DNA of 64,000 bases from a bacterium (GCA_029210965.1 JARGFZ010000003.1:55893-119892), one strand, 5' to 3'; shown: positions 20,608 to 30,314, counted from the stretch's first letter. The notes: generated by a model from the sequence alone, not told the origin. Numbers and translations: made by a program.

Positions 20608-20655
20608 GTCATTGCGAGGAGCTATGGGACTTTCAGGGGCAACGAAGCAATCCCG
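20608..20655 (-). repeat. REP-like interspersed element copy 3 (inverted orientation)
   Basis: gtcattgcgag...cgaagcaatccc is the reverse complement of the gagattgc...ctcgcaatgac consensus; generates the spurious ORF 20590..20916. Confidence 0.65.
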
Positions 20656-20829
20656 GATTTAAAACTTTCACTTCAAATATTTTTTCATCAGGATTCACCC
20701 GGTGTAAACCTGTGGTGCGGCATTCAAGTGGCCGCTCTGCCTGCCCTGAGCCTGCCGAAGGGTGTACCCTGTGTTAAAGTCTTTTTCGGTTTTGTGGGCA
20801 ATACTCTCCACCAGAATATAGATTTTCTC

Positions 20830-20925
20830 TGCGTAACTCTGCGGTTCAGCCTGGGAATGGCTGAGCTGCGTCCTTCCGCCGTCACTCTGCGAGCTATGGC
20901 GGACAGGCTGCGTTAAAGCTTGTGC
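20830..20925 (+). repeat. ~95-nt dispersed repeat, copy A
   Basis: ~90% identical to the reverse complement of 22598..22692; partial related copy at 36096..36150. Confidence 0.7.
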
Positions 20926-21207
20926 CATTTTGGCATATACCGGGATCGCTTCGCATGGGATACAGCTCGCGATGACAGATCGTAAACCGCACTCCATTCT
21001 ACGTTCTACATTCCACATCCTACATTCAGGCTTTAAAATAACTGTTCACGATTCACTTTTACTCAATTCTCAATTCTCAATTCGGAATTCTCAATTGCTC
21101 TTTCCCTCCTGCGTCCTACGTTCTGTTTTCTTTTTCCAGACACCAGAATCCAGACGCTAGACACTGGTTTTCACCCTGCTACACTTGCCTTATACGGGGT
21201 GAGGTTC

Positions 21208-21600
21208 ATGGTTGAGATCGAGGACAAGCTCATCGTTACCGGGGGATACGATTACGATCCTAAATGGCTTAAGGGCAGGGACGGCTGCGTTGGCACCGTT
21301 ATTCGTTTCCTCTGGGAAGGAAACCACCGCAACAGTAAACTTGTCCTTGATCTTGGAGAGGACTTCCGTACCTGCGAATTCAAAGGCCGCTACCTCATTC
21401 TTTTCCTGAGGGATTCGGGTTCCAACTGGGAAGATAAAGGCGTCGTACACGTTGTCGTCGGCAGCTCTATTCCCCAAGATGTGGCCAGTATCAGCATCGC
21501 TTCGGACCCTGAAAGCGGTTTCAAATGGGTGGAGGCGGCGGCTAATTATCGAATCCTCAGTAAAAAAACCCAGAGTGGGGGATTTTCGGAAGTAGGGTAA
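21208..21600 (+). CDS. hypothetical protein
   Basis: ATG 21208 preceded by ggggtgagg; protein-like composition, no recognisable family. Confidence 0.45.
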   Translation: MVEIEDKLIVTGGYDYDPKWLKGRDGCVGTVIRFLWEGNHRNSKLVLDLGEDFRTCEFKGRYLILFLRDSGSNWEDKGVVHVVVGSSIPQDVASISIASDPESGFKWVEAAANYRILSKKTQSGGFSEVG

Positions 21601-21739
21601 AATAAGCGAATCTCAGATCTCAGATCTCAAAGAGGCCGCGGTCCACAACTCCAGATCATGGAATCTGTAACCTTGGGCTTTTTTCCTTGTTTATTTGAGA
21701 TTTGAGATCTGGGATATGAGATGGATGAGTGATCCCCGA

Positions 21740-22000
21740 TCACTCATCCCCTGCCGGCCACGGAGTCGCATTGCTGATCGTGACCACCAGGGTGGTCTTT
21801 CCCACAGATGACGCTTTACGGAAAGCATCAAGCAGAGCCTTGAAAACCTTTTCATCCTCCCCCCACAGCATGGTCCCCATAAGGCCAACCTCATGCTCTA
21901 CACCGTTGTCGGCGAGGGCATCGAGAGCCGCCCCTATGCCCGGCGAGACCTCTGTCTGTCTGAGGGGATAAACGCTCATATGGGCTGAGATTTTATTCAT
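21740..22000 (-). CDS. MTH1187/YkoF-like (UPF0045, DUF77) small protein
   Basis: MSVYPL...EV...AL..L...GVEHEVGLMGTMLWGEDEKVFKAL pattern of the MTH1187/YkoF family. Confidence 0.6.
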   Translation of the reverse strand: MNKISAHMSVYPLRQTEVSPGIGAALDALADNGVEHEVGLMGTMLWGEDEKVFKALLDAFRKASSVGKTTLVVTISNATPWPAGDE

Positions 22001-22115
22001 AAAAACACCTCGCTACGCCAGTGCACAAGTGCATTAGTGCAACCGTTCGTTTAGCGGATTCCCCGTGCATAAGTCTTCTGAACTGCTGCACTATCTGCAC
22101 TCCCTGCACTTGCTG

Positions 22116-22526
22116 TTATTCTTCCCCGATCAATCCCAGCCAGTAAGCCGCAGAGATCCCCCACACAGCGTTGAGGACGACCACCAGCACCGGCGTCATG
22201 GCTCCCAATTCCAGCCCCAGGTACCCTTTGTAGGCCTTGTAAGGAAAAACCAGAAAAAGCTGCATCGCCGTCGGCCCGAGGCTGAGGAGGACCCCCCTTT
22301 TTATTGGAGAATGCTTGAAGATCGGGATCAGGAAAAGAAGACCCCATACCCCCCCCCAGACGACCCTGGGGTACAACCACATGGGGACCAGTTTGGGGGC
22401 CAGTTTCACACCCATCATGGCTGTGATGCCGTACATGCCCAGAGCCCACAGGGCAATGCTGTTAACGAGCCCGCCCAAAGCTCCAGCCGAAAATATCAGA
22501 CTTATCCTTCTCAGGAAAACTTCCAT
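22116..22526 (-). CDS. hypothetical membrane protein (4 TM)
   Basis: four hydrophobic helices; the overlapping plus-strand ORF is low-complexity. Confidence 0.55.
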   Translation of the reverse strand: MEVFLRRISLIFSAGALGGLVNSIALWALGMYGITAMMGVKLAPKLVPMWLYPRVVWGGVWGLLFLIPIFKHSPIKRGVLLSLGPTAMQLFLVFPYKAYKGYLGLELGAMTPVLVVVLNAVWGISAAYWLGLIGEE

Positions 22527-22597
22527 ATTTTTCCCCTTTCTACGGTTTCTTCCAGCGATTTTACGAGGGTGAGTGCTGTTTTGTAAAGGAAGATAGA

Positions 22598-22692
22598 AGC
22601 AGCAGTTTCTGTAAAAGCGGCAAATGCTTTAACGCAGCCTGTCCGCCATAGCTCGCAGAGCGACGGCGGAAGGACGCAGATCAGCCACTCCC
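22598..22692 (-). repeat. ~95-nt dispersed repeat, copy B (inverted)
   Basis: reverse complement matches 20830..20925. Confidence 0.7.
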
Positions 22693-22774
22693 AGGCTGAA
22701 GCGCAAAGTTACGCAGGGTCATCCGGGATGATACAATAACCACCACTTACCTTTGTCACACTTACCTTTGTCAG

Positions 22775-22999
22775 TTGAAAACATGGAATAAAGTAATGGA
22801 GATCTTAGGAATACTCATACTGGCCGGCTTTCCAATAGCGCGCTACAACCTGCTCATAAAAGACGCCCATCTGGCTCTTCTTGCAACAGATGACAATGAT
22901 ATAAAAGGGAAGTTTCGCTCTAAAATATTCAAAACTTCCTTTTTTGTGTGCATTGGCTCTGTTTTTGCCTTTCATCTTGTCCTGGCTGGTTTAGGATAG
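22775..22999 (+). CDS. hypothetical small membrane protein in an AT-rich patch
   Basis: 74-aa ORF with two hydrophobic segments; the region 22780-23150 is markedly AT-richer than its surroundings. Confidence 0.3.
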   Translation: MKTWNKVMEILGILILAGFPIARYNLLIKDAHLALLATDDNDIKGKFRSKIFKTSFFVCIGSVFAFHLVLAGLG

Positions 23000-23145
23000 G
23001 CAGTACTAATGTGGGCGTTTATTACAGTGCCCATAGTCTCGGTACTCAATGTTTTGATCTTGCTGTTGATCATGGAAGCTGTGAATCGAAGAAAATTATA
23101 AGCATTCAGCGGCTATTAATCCTCTTCTACGTTCAACATTGATAA

Positions 23146-23297
23146 AGTCGCAAAAAGTCCAATCCGGGACTTTTTGCTCCACGGAAAGGGAAAAGCGTCG
23201 TTTTCCCTTTTTTTACAAATCAATGACTTACAGTGCGAGTCATTAATCAATGCGCCCCGCGCGGGGCGCATTGATGGACTTTTTGCGAGTCCATCAA
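23146..23297. mobile_element. ~150-bp MITE-like multi-hairpin element, copy 1
   Basis: terminal inverted repeats agtcgcaaaaagtcc / ggactttttgcgagtcc, 4-5 internal stem-loops, flanked by direct repeat tCAACATT on both sides; ~90% identical to 34767..34917. Confidence 0.7.
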
Positions 23298-23373
23298 CAT
23301 TCTACATTCTGACTAGAATTACTGACTCCTTTGTTCTTGATCTTTCCCCGACACCCCGATACTCCGACACAGA

Positions 23374-24534
23374 CTATACTCCTGGGTACTGCCCTATTTT
23401 TATAAACTGTACCGCCACCAGCGACACCAGACTCAGCACCGCCCCCGCCACGAACGGGATCCGATAATCCACGACCCAGAGCATGCCGCCGATGATCGGG
23501 AGGATTACGGCTGCTATGTGGTTAATGGTAAAACCCACGGCCATGCTCGGGGCGATGTCCTCCCTGTCGGCCACTTTCTGAAAGTAGGTCTTGATCGCCA
23601 TGGAGAAATTAAAGAGGAGGTTGTCGAGTATGTAAAGTCCGGCCGCCACCCAGCGGGACCCGGTCAGTGCATAGGCCAGAAAGATGATCACCAGCCCCCC
23701 GTATTCGATAGACAGAACCTTGCGCTCGCCGAACCTCACAATGGCCTTCCCCACCAGGGGAGCGGCGAAATAACCGATGATGTTGTTGAGGATGAAAAGG
23801 ACCGTGACCTCCTTCACACTGAAACTAAAAACCTTGACAAGCAGAAAAATAGAGAAAGCAATGAAGATCTGTCGCCTGGCCCCGGCCATGAAGGTGAGAA
23901 AATAGAAGAGGCGGTATTTCCACTTGAACACCATCTCCTTTTTCTGGAGCGCAAGTTCGTGGTCGACAGGGTTCTGTCTCAACCCCCAGATACCGAAACA
24001 GACCACTATTAAACCCACCGCCAGGAACATCATGCGGTAGTCGAGATACCAGCTCATAAAGTACACCAGGCCACCCACGGCTACATTAGTGGCCGCAGAC
24101 AGGCTGCGGATGGAGCCCAAAACGTGGGGAGCGGTAGCGGAGTCGAAATACTGAAGAGTCAGGGACTGGTTGGTGGTTTCGTAGAAATGAAAGCCGAAAC
24201 TCAGGAGCATGGTAGTCGCCGCGATACCGATAAAGGTGGGGAAATATCCGGTTACGCCGACACCTGCGCCCAGGACCAGGATGGAAAGGGCAGACAACCG
24301 ATGTTCCTTTATAACCAGCATGACCCAGACGGCCAGCAGCGCCAGAAACCCGGGGATCTCCCTCACAGATTGGACGATCCCCATGTGGTTGCCGTCCAGG
24401 TTAGCCCACTCGACGGCGAAGTTGTTGAGAAGCGTTCTCCAGCCCTGGAGCCCGATCATGGAGGCTACGCTGAGGATCAAAAGGAAACGCAGCATGGAAC
24501 GTTGACGATCCGGGACTTTGGGTATGGAAAACAT
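23374..24534 (-). CDS. MFS transporter (12 TM)
   Basis: 386 aa, ~12 predicted TM helices in 6+6 arrangement. Confidence 0.8.
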   Translation of the reverse strand: MFSIPKVPDRQRSMLRFLLILSVASMIGLQGWRTLLNNFAVEWANLDGNHMGIVQSVREIPGFLALLAVWVMLVIKEHRLSALSILVLGAGVGVTGYFPTFIGIAATTMLLSFGFHFYETTNQSLTLQYFDSATAPHVLGSIRSLSAATNVAVGGLVYFMSWYLDYRMMFLAVGLIVVCFGIWGLRQNPVDHELALQKKEMVFKWKYRLFYFLTFMAGARRQIFIAFSIFLLVKVFSFSVKEVTVLFILNNIIGYFAAPLVGKAIVRFGERKVLSIEYGGLVIIFLAYALTGSRWVAAGLYILDNLLFNFSMAIKTYFQKVADREDIAPSMAVGFTINHIAAVILPIIGGMLWVVDYRIPFVAGAVLSLVSLVAVQFIKIGQYPGV

Positions 24535-24684
24535 CGGGGCAGGTTACAGGGAAAAAGAAAAAGGGGAAAGGACAAGCGATAGAATCGCCTGACACAAAGA
24601 CCCGGCGACACGGGGACACGGGGAAGGAACCCTCACCGCGTCATCGCGTCTTCGCGTCACCGCGTCAAGATTAACCAGGGGTGC

Positions 24685-25341
24685 CTACCCTGCCATCAAA
24701 ACCGAAACAGCCGATAGAAGAGCAATAATGATAAACAGGCCTCCGACACCTGCCCTGGCCCTGTTCAAAAACATATCCCCCACCTTCCTGTGAAAGATAC
24801 CGGCTGCGCCGCAGATAAAGCAGAACCAGACCAGGGTCCCGAAGGCCACGCCTGACCCGACCACAAGGGATTGACCGAGGACTGACCTTCCAGAGCTGAT
24901 GTTCAGGAATGTGAAGGCAGCCATAAAGAAAGCAAGGGTCAAGGGGTTTGAAAGGACGAGGGTAAAGTTCAGCGCTGAAAGATGCAATGGTCCAAAATCC
25001 TTACCCGGGATAGACCTGTCGATGGGACTCAGGGTGAGCATTTTCGCTCCCATGGCGAGCAGGAGTACACAGCCGAACAGCTTGAACCAGAAGCTGTTTC
25101 CGATGACAAAAGCGGTGATAAAACCGGATCCAAGGGCGGCAACAAATCCGAGAAGACCGTCGGCGGCCACAGCTCCCAGGGTCGGCCAGAATGAGCGCCA
25201 GAAACCAAGGGTCATGGCACGCTGAATGGTGAGGATGCTTATGGGCCCTAAAGGAAGGGCAGCCGCAAACCCTGCGACAACCGAAATAAAGAAGAGGGAT
25301 GGGCCCGGATGGTATCCGGAAAAGACGCTCTGTAAAAACAT
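24685..25341 (-). CDS. LysE/RhtB-family amino-acid exporter
   Basis: 218 aa, 6 TM, N-terminal AALPLGPISILTIQRA motif typical of the LysE translocator family. Confidence 0.75.
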   Translation of the reverse strand: MFLQSVFSGYHPGPSLFFISVVAGFAAALPLGPISILTIQRAMTLGFWRSFWPTLGAVAADGLLGFVAALGSGFITAFVIGNSFWFKLFGCVLLLAMGAKMLTLSPIDRSIPGKDFGPLHLSALNFTLVLSNPLTLAFFMAAFTFLNISSGRSVLGQSLVVGSGVAFGTLVWFCFICGAAGIFHRKVGDMFLNRARAGVGGLFIIIALLSAVSVLMAG

Positions 25342-25513
25342 GGCCCTTCATACAGGAAATGATCTGATTTTGCACGAAGAAAAGCAGGGCGAAGGGCGCG
25401 GGGCGCAGGCACGGAACAACTTTATTAGTGGCTTCAGGAAAGCTGGATATATGCAACTAATCACAAATCACGAGTCACAAGTCACAAGTCACAAGTCACG
25501 AGTCTCGGTTTTC

Positions 25514-25678
25514 TCAGCTTTTCTTGGCCGTTACCGCCGAAAAAGGCGAAAACTGCTGTTGCACATCCTCACAGGTACAGATGGGGCAAACCACCTTTGT
25601 TATGGCCGCCTCCGCCATGGTCATGACAGCCTCGAAGATCTGCTTGCACTTCTTGCACTCGAATTCGTAAACAGGCAT
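25514..25678 (-). CDS. FmdB-family zinc-ribbon protein (54 aa)
   Basis: MPVYEFECKKCKQIFE...CPICTCE, the canonical FmdB family N-terminus; aaggggg RBS; below the ORF-track size cutoff. Confidence 0.75.
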   Translation of the reverse strand: MPVYEFECKKCKQIFEAVMTMAEAAITKVVCPICTCEDVQQQFSPFSAVTAKKS

Positions 25679-26039
25679 TTTTTACCCCCTTAAAACACTC
25701 ACACACACCCCGATCACGGCTATTCTTGTCCCTTTTCACTTGTCCCTTGTCACTTGTCTTTTGTCCCTTGTTTATAGTATTAGCGGTAAATAGTTGAAAA
25801 GCAAGGAGGGTAAACAAAACCAATCTCAGATCCCAAATCCCAAATCTCAAAGTAATAAGATCCAGGAGCCATCCGGCCTGGCAACAAGCCTCGCCAAGGC
25901 CATGGAGGGCAGGCAGAGTAAATTCATTTTTCACCTCTACTCCTACTAATACTTAAACTTATTCTTATACTTATACTTCCACCAACCCATGGTATAAAAT
26001 TGACTGAATACACAACATTTTCATCCAAAGAGAGGCCTG

Positions 26040-28493
26040 ATGGCAAAAAAACCAAAACCCCTTACTCCAAAAGAACTGCGTTACACATGCGACGTGGGCT
26101 GCATCCCTTTTAAAACAACGGACGATGCCCCTGCTCTTGAGGGACCACTGGGCCAGGAACGTGCTTTGCAGTCTATGGATTTTGGACTAAAAATGAGAGG
26201 TCCTGGCTTTAACCTGTTTACTGTCGGGATGCCCGGCAGCGGCAGGTCTTCAACCGTAAGAGCAATGGTCAAAGAGAAGGCCCTGGCGGAGGAGGTGCCC
26301 CTCGATTGGGCTTACGTCTACAACTTCGAAAACGCCAGATCTCCGGTAGCGCTGTCCTTTCCCCCAGGACAAGGGAGAGTCTTTGTGCGGCAAATGAAGG
26401 AACTCATTGATCATCTGAAAATTGATATTCCTGCAGCGCTGGAAAACAGGGAGTTTGAAAACACAAGGAACCATTACCTCGAGCAGATGAGTCGTGAGAA
26501 CGCTATTGAGTTTGAAGAGTTTCAACAACTTGCCAGGCAGCAGAATTATTCCTTCGAAAAAGTGGAAAGTGAATTTGCTTTTATACCCTTGAAAGAGGGT
26601 GTCAGGCTACAACAGGAGGCGTTCAATGCGCTTCCCGACGAAGAAAGGTCCCTATACAGCGAGAACCTGCGCCAGCTGCAGAAACGATTTATGGATATAT
26701 CCCGTGCAACAGGCAAAAGGGACGTGGAAACTCGCAAGCAGTTGGAGAATATCACCCGGGAGCAAGTTGAAAGAACCGCCGAACCTCTTCTTGAACTCCT
26801 GATGGCAAATTACCCTGACAATGGAAAGGTGCAAAGGCATCTGGAACTATTGCTCGATGATATGGTGGATAATTTCCCCCAGTTTCTGCCGGCCCATGCC
26901 AACCAGACCCCCTTCGCGGGAGGTGAGCCAGCACCATTAGAGCTTCCTTTTTCCCGTTATCAGGTCAATCTCATCGTGGACATGATGAATCAGGAGGGGG
27001 CACCTGTTGTTGAAGAAAACCACCCTTCCTTTCAGAACATTATCGGCAGGATGGAATATGCCTTTCAATCCGGCGTCGCCATCACAGGCTATGAACAGAT
27101 CCAGCCCGGGGCGCTGCACCTCGCCAACGGCGGATACCTTATCCTGGATGCTCTGGAGGTCCTCCGTAGCCCCTTTGCATGGGAGGCGCTCAAGAACAGC
27201 CTCATGTCTGGACTGATAAAGATCGAGGATATGGGTGAACAGTACAAGATGTTTGCCACCATTACCCTTAAACCGGAGCCGATCCCCCTGTCTGTCAAAA
27301 TCATCCTCATAGGGAGTCCCCTCATCTATCACCAGCTGCTTGCCCACGAAGAGGATTTCAAAAAGCTGTTTAAAGTGAAGGCTGACTTCGGCAGTACCAT
27401 GAAGCGAACAGACGATGCTGTAAGGGACTACTCTATTTTTATCGCCTCCCTTTGCCATAAAGAGGACCTCCTTCCCTTTGACCTCTCTGCTATGGGAGCC
27501 GTGATAGAGCACGGTGTCCGTATGGCAGAAGACCAGTCACGCCTGACAACAAGTTTCTACCAGGTAGGCGATCTGGTCAGGGAGTCCTCCTTCTGGGCAG
27601 GCGAGGAAAAAGCCTCAACGGTTTCCCGCCCCCACGTGTTCAGAGCCATAAAGGAGCGAAAACAGCGATACAACATGGTTGAAGAGAGGATCGGCGAACT
27701 CATTGAGGAGGGCACACTTATGGTCCAGACCAAAGGCGAGGTCGTGGGCCAGGTCAACGGCTTATCGGTCTACACAATGGGTGACTACCGGTTCGGCAAA
27801 CCCACCAGGATCACTGCCAAAGTTTTCCTCGGCAAATCCGGCATGGTGAATATCGAACGTGAGGTCAAGCTCTCCGGAAGCATCCACAACAAAGGGGTGC
27901 TTATCGTTTCTTCCTACCTCGCAATGCGTTATGCCCAGGATTTTCCTTTGGGGCTTAGCTCCTCTGTTACCTTCGAACAAACCTACGACGAGGTGGATGG
28001 AGACAGCGCCACCGCTGCGGAACTCATCGCCCTCACTTCAGCTTTGGCGGAGGTTCCCGCCTACCAGAACATCGCCATTACCGGATCCATGGATCAGCAT
28101 GGGCGCATTCAGCCCATCGGAGGGGTTAACGAGAAGATCGAGGGGTTTTTCGCAAGCTGCCGCGACCACGGCCTCGATGGAGACGAAGGCGTTGTGATCC
28201 CGAAAGCTAACGTGAAGAACCTCATGCTTTCCAATGAGGTTGTCGAAGCGGTGGAACAAGGCATGTTCAACATTTATACTGCTGAAACCATCGACCAGGC
28301 TATCGAGATCCTCACCGGCACATCAGCTGGTGCAAGAGGGAAAAACGGGAAATTCCCCAAAGGAACTTTCAACCGCAAAGTTGAGGACCGCCTGCGGAAG
28401 ATGGCCGAGCAGACAAAGGGATCCAACGGCGAAGGGGAAGGTCAGGGCAGAGGGCGAAGGGCGAAGGACGAAGAAAAATCAGTATCGAAGTAA
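26040..28493 (+). CDS. Lon-like protease (COG1067/LonC-type): AAA+-like N-terminal domain with degenerate Walker A, C-terminal Lon S16 proteolytic domain
   Basis: Walker-A-like GMPGSGRSS (Arg in place of the invariant Lys); C-terminal Lon protease fold with catalytic Ser context GDSATAAELIALTSAL and Lys K...GGV..K. Confidence 0.8.
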   Translation: MAKKPKPLTPKELRYTCDVGCIPFKTTDDAPALEGPLGQERALQSMDFGLKMRGPGFNLFTVGMPGSGRSSTVRAMVKEKALAEEVPLDWAYVYNFENARSPVALSFPPGQGRVFVRQMKELIDHLKIDIPAALENREFENTRNHYLEQMSRENAIEFEEFQQLARQQNYSFEKVESEFAFIPLKEGVRLQQEAFNALPDEERSLYSENLRQLQKRFMDISRATGKRDVETRKQLENITREQVERTAEPLLELLMANYPDNGKVQRHLELLLDDMVDNFPQFLPAHANQTPFAGGEPAPLELPFSRYQVNLIVDMMNQEGAPVVEENHPSFQNIIGRMEYAFQSGVAITGYEQIQPGALHLANGGYLILDALEVLRSPFAWEALKNSLMSGLIKIEDMGEQYKMFATITLKPEPIPLSVKIILIGSPLIYHQLLAHEEDFKKLFKVKADFGSTMKRTDDAVRDYSIFIASLCHKEDLLPFDLSAMGAVIEHGVRMAEDQSRLTTSFYQVGDLVRESSFWAGEEKASTVSRPHVFRAIKERKQRYNMVEERIGELIEEGTLMVQTKGEVVGQVNGLSVYTMGDYRFGKPTRITAKVFLGKSGMVNIEREVKLSGSIHNKGVLIVSSYLAMRYAQDFPLGLSSSVTFEQTYDEVDGDSATAAELIALTSALAEVPAYQNIAITGSMDQHGRIQPIGGVNEKIEGFFASCRDHGLDGDEGVVIPKANVKNLMLSNEVVEAVEQGMFNIYTAETIDQAIEILTGTSAGARGKNGKFPKGTFNRKVEDRLRKMAEQTKGSNGEGEGQGRGRRAKDEEKSVSK

Positions 28494-28560
28494 CGAGGGT
28501 ATCGGAGTGTCGGAGAAAAACCTGGAACCTGGAATCAAAATCTGAAGGAGATTCTTCACG

Positions 28561-29850
28561 TTGAACATACAATCCAGGAGGATCCTGGCCTGGTCCATTT
28601 ATGATTTTGGTAATTCCGCCTTCGCCACCACAGTAATAGCCGGATTCTTCCCGATCTTCTTCAAGGAATTCTGGAGTGTGGGGGTGGACGTAACTGAGAG
28701 CACCTTCAAACTCGGACTGGCCAACACCATATCGGGGATCCTTGTAGTCCTGCTGGCACCCGTCCTCGGAGCTATAGCTGACAAGGGCGGGGCCAAAAAA
28801 AGATTCCTGGCAGCCTTCGCCGCCATGGGCTGCGCCATGACTGTCTCCCTGTTTTTCGTAGGAGAAGGAAACTGGGTTCTGGCAGCGGCTTTTTTCATTG
28901 CGGGGACTGTTGGATTCTCCGGGGGAAATGCATTTTACGATTCCCTTATCATGGATGTGACCGGGGAGGACAAGGTGGATCTCGTCTCCGCTCTCGGGTA
29001 TTCTTTGGGCTACCTCGGAGGCGGCATCCTTTTTGCCGTCAATGTTTTCATGGTACTGAAACCCGAGTTTTTCGGATTGATCGATAAAAGCCAGGCGGTA
29101 CGGGTATCTTTCCTCACAGTGGGTCTTTGGTGGGCCGTATTTACGGTTCCACTGCTTCTTTTCGTAAAAGAGACAAAACCCCGGCAAGTTGAATCCTGGG
29201 CTCACACCATCAAAGGAGGGATCCGTCAACTCGCCGACACCTTCCGCCAAATCAGACACCTTAAGGTCGTTTCCCTGTTTCTCCTTGGCTACTGGCTCTA
29301 CATCGACGGTGTTCACACGGTTATCCGCATGGCTGTGGATTACGGCATGTCCATAGGTCTCGATTCGAACCGTCTCATCCTTGCCCTGCTGGTGGTTCAG
29401 TTCGTCGGGTTCCCGGCCGCCATGGTATTCGGGAAAATGGGGCAGAAACTGGGGGCCAAGACAGGAATATACATAGGGATCGCCGTCTATATTCTCATGA
29501 CCGTATGGGCATACTACCTTGACAGTGAGGCGGAGTTTTTCGGGATGGCTGTAGCCATCGGCCTGGTACAGGGTGGGATCCAGTCCCTGAGCCGGTCTTT
29601 TTATACCAGGATCATCCCTGAGGGACAGTCAGCAGAATTTTTTGGATTTTACAATATGGTGGGCAAATTCGCCGCGGTCCTGGGACCTTTCCTCATGGGA
29701 TGGATGGCCCTCGCAACCGGTGAGCCGCGTAAGGGGATCTTCTCTATAACCGTTCTTTTGCTGCTGGGGGGAGTATTCCTTTTCTTCGTGGACGAAGGTA
29801 AAGGGAGGGAAGTGGCGAGGAATTTGGAAAAGAATGCACCCTTCGACTGA
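28561..29850 (+). CDS. MFS transporter, UMF1/Atg22-like family
   Basis: AWSIYDFGNSAFATTVIAGFFPIFF N-terminal signature of the UMF1 family; 12 TM. Confidence 0.8.
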   Translation: MNIQSRRILAWSIYDFGNSAFATTVIAGFFPIFFKEFWSVGVDVTESTFKLGLANTISGILVVLLAPVLGAIADKGGAKKRFLAAFAAMGCAMTVSLFFVGEGNWVLAAAFFIAGTVGFSGGNAFYDSLIMDVTGEDKVDLVSALGYSLGYLGGGILFAVNVFMVLKPEFFGLIDKSQAVRVSFLTVGLWWAVFTVPLLLFVKETKPRQVESWAHTIKGGIRQLADTFRQIRHLKVVSLFLLGYWLYIDGVHTVIRMAVDYGMSIGLDSNRLILALLVVQFVGFPAAMVFGKMGQKLGAKTGIYIGIAVYILMTVWAYYLDSEAEFFGMAVAIGLVQGGIQSLSRSFYTRIIPEGQSAEFFGFYNMVGKFAAVLGPFLMGWMALATGEPRKGIFSITVLLLLGGVFLFFVDEGKGREVARNLEKNAPFD

Positions 29851-29939
29851 GCTTCCGACTTTGCTCTTCGAGCTACGACGGACAAACAGGGCAGGGAACG
29901 TAGAATGCAGAAGTAAATCTTTAACTTATTGAAAACCAG

Positions 29940-30314
29940 TCACGAATCACTGTTCACGGCTTTTTCCCAGAGAATTCCCAGATACCAACTCTGGTACTGT
30001 TCCAGATCCTCAGCCGTTATCTGGGCAAGGCGCTCAGGATCTTTTTCCCTCCAGGGATAGTGACCCATTTGTTTGGGGTATTCAGCCCCGGCGAGGACAT
30101 CCCGGTAGTCCCTGCAGGCCTGCAGGGTAAAGTAGCGGACCTGTTCCGGGCTTCTGCCCGCAAGTTTGAGGATTGCCATTCGGACCCGATCCGCCTCCCG
30201 ATGGAAGTCCCCACTCCCATACTGCCCCAGTATATCGACAACCTGCTCCCTATCTTCTTCCCGGGGGAACATCTTTTCCAGCAATCGCGGCAGCAGTTTA
30301 CTGTGATCGGTCAT
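29940..30314 (-). CDS. hypothetical protein downstream of hgcB
   Basis: start set at internal ATG (MTDHSKLL...); soluble, no family recognised. Confidence 0.45.
   Translation of the reverse strand: MTDHSKLLPRLLEKMFPREEDREQVVDILGQYGSGDFHREADRVRMAILKLAGRSPEQVRYFTLQACRDYRDVLAGAEYPKQMGHYPWREKDPERLAQITAEDLEQYQSWYLGILWEKAVNSDS

Noticed and set aside
20590-20916. 108-aa plus-strand ORF (MAKKAHVIARSYGTFRGNEAIPDL…)
   Set aside because: It is translated straight through REP-like element copy 3 and the ~95-nt repeat, so it is a repeat-derived pseudo-ORF.
22065-22586. 173-aa plus-strand ORF antisense to the membrane-protein gene
   Set aside because: His/Pro/Gln-rich low complexity. The minus-strand 4-TM protein is the credible product.
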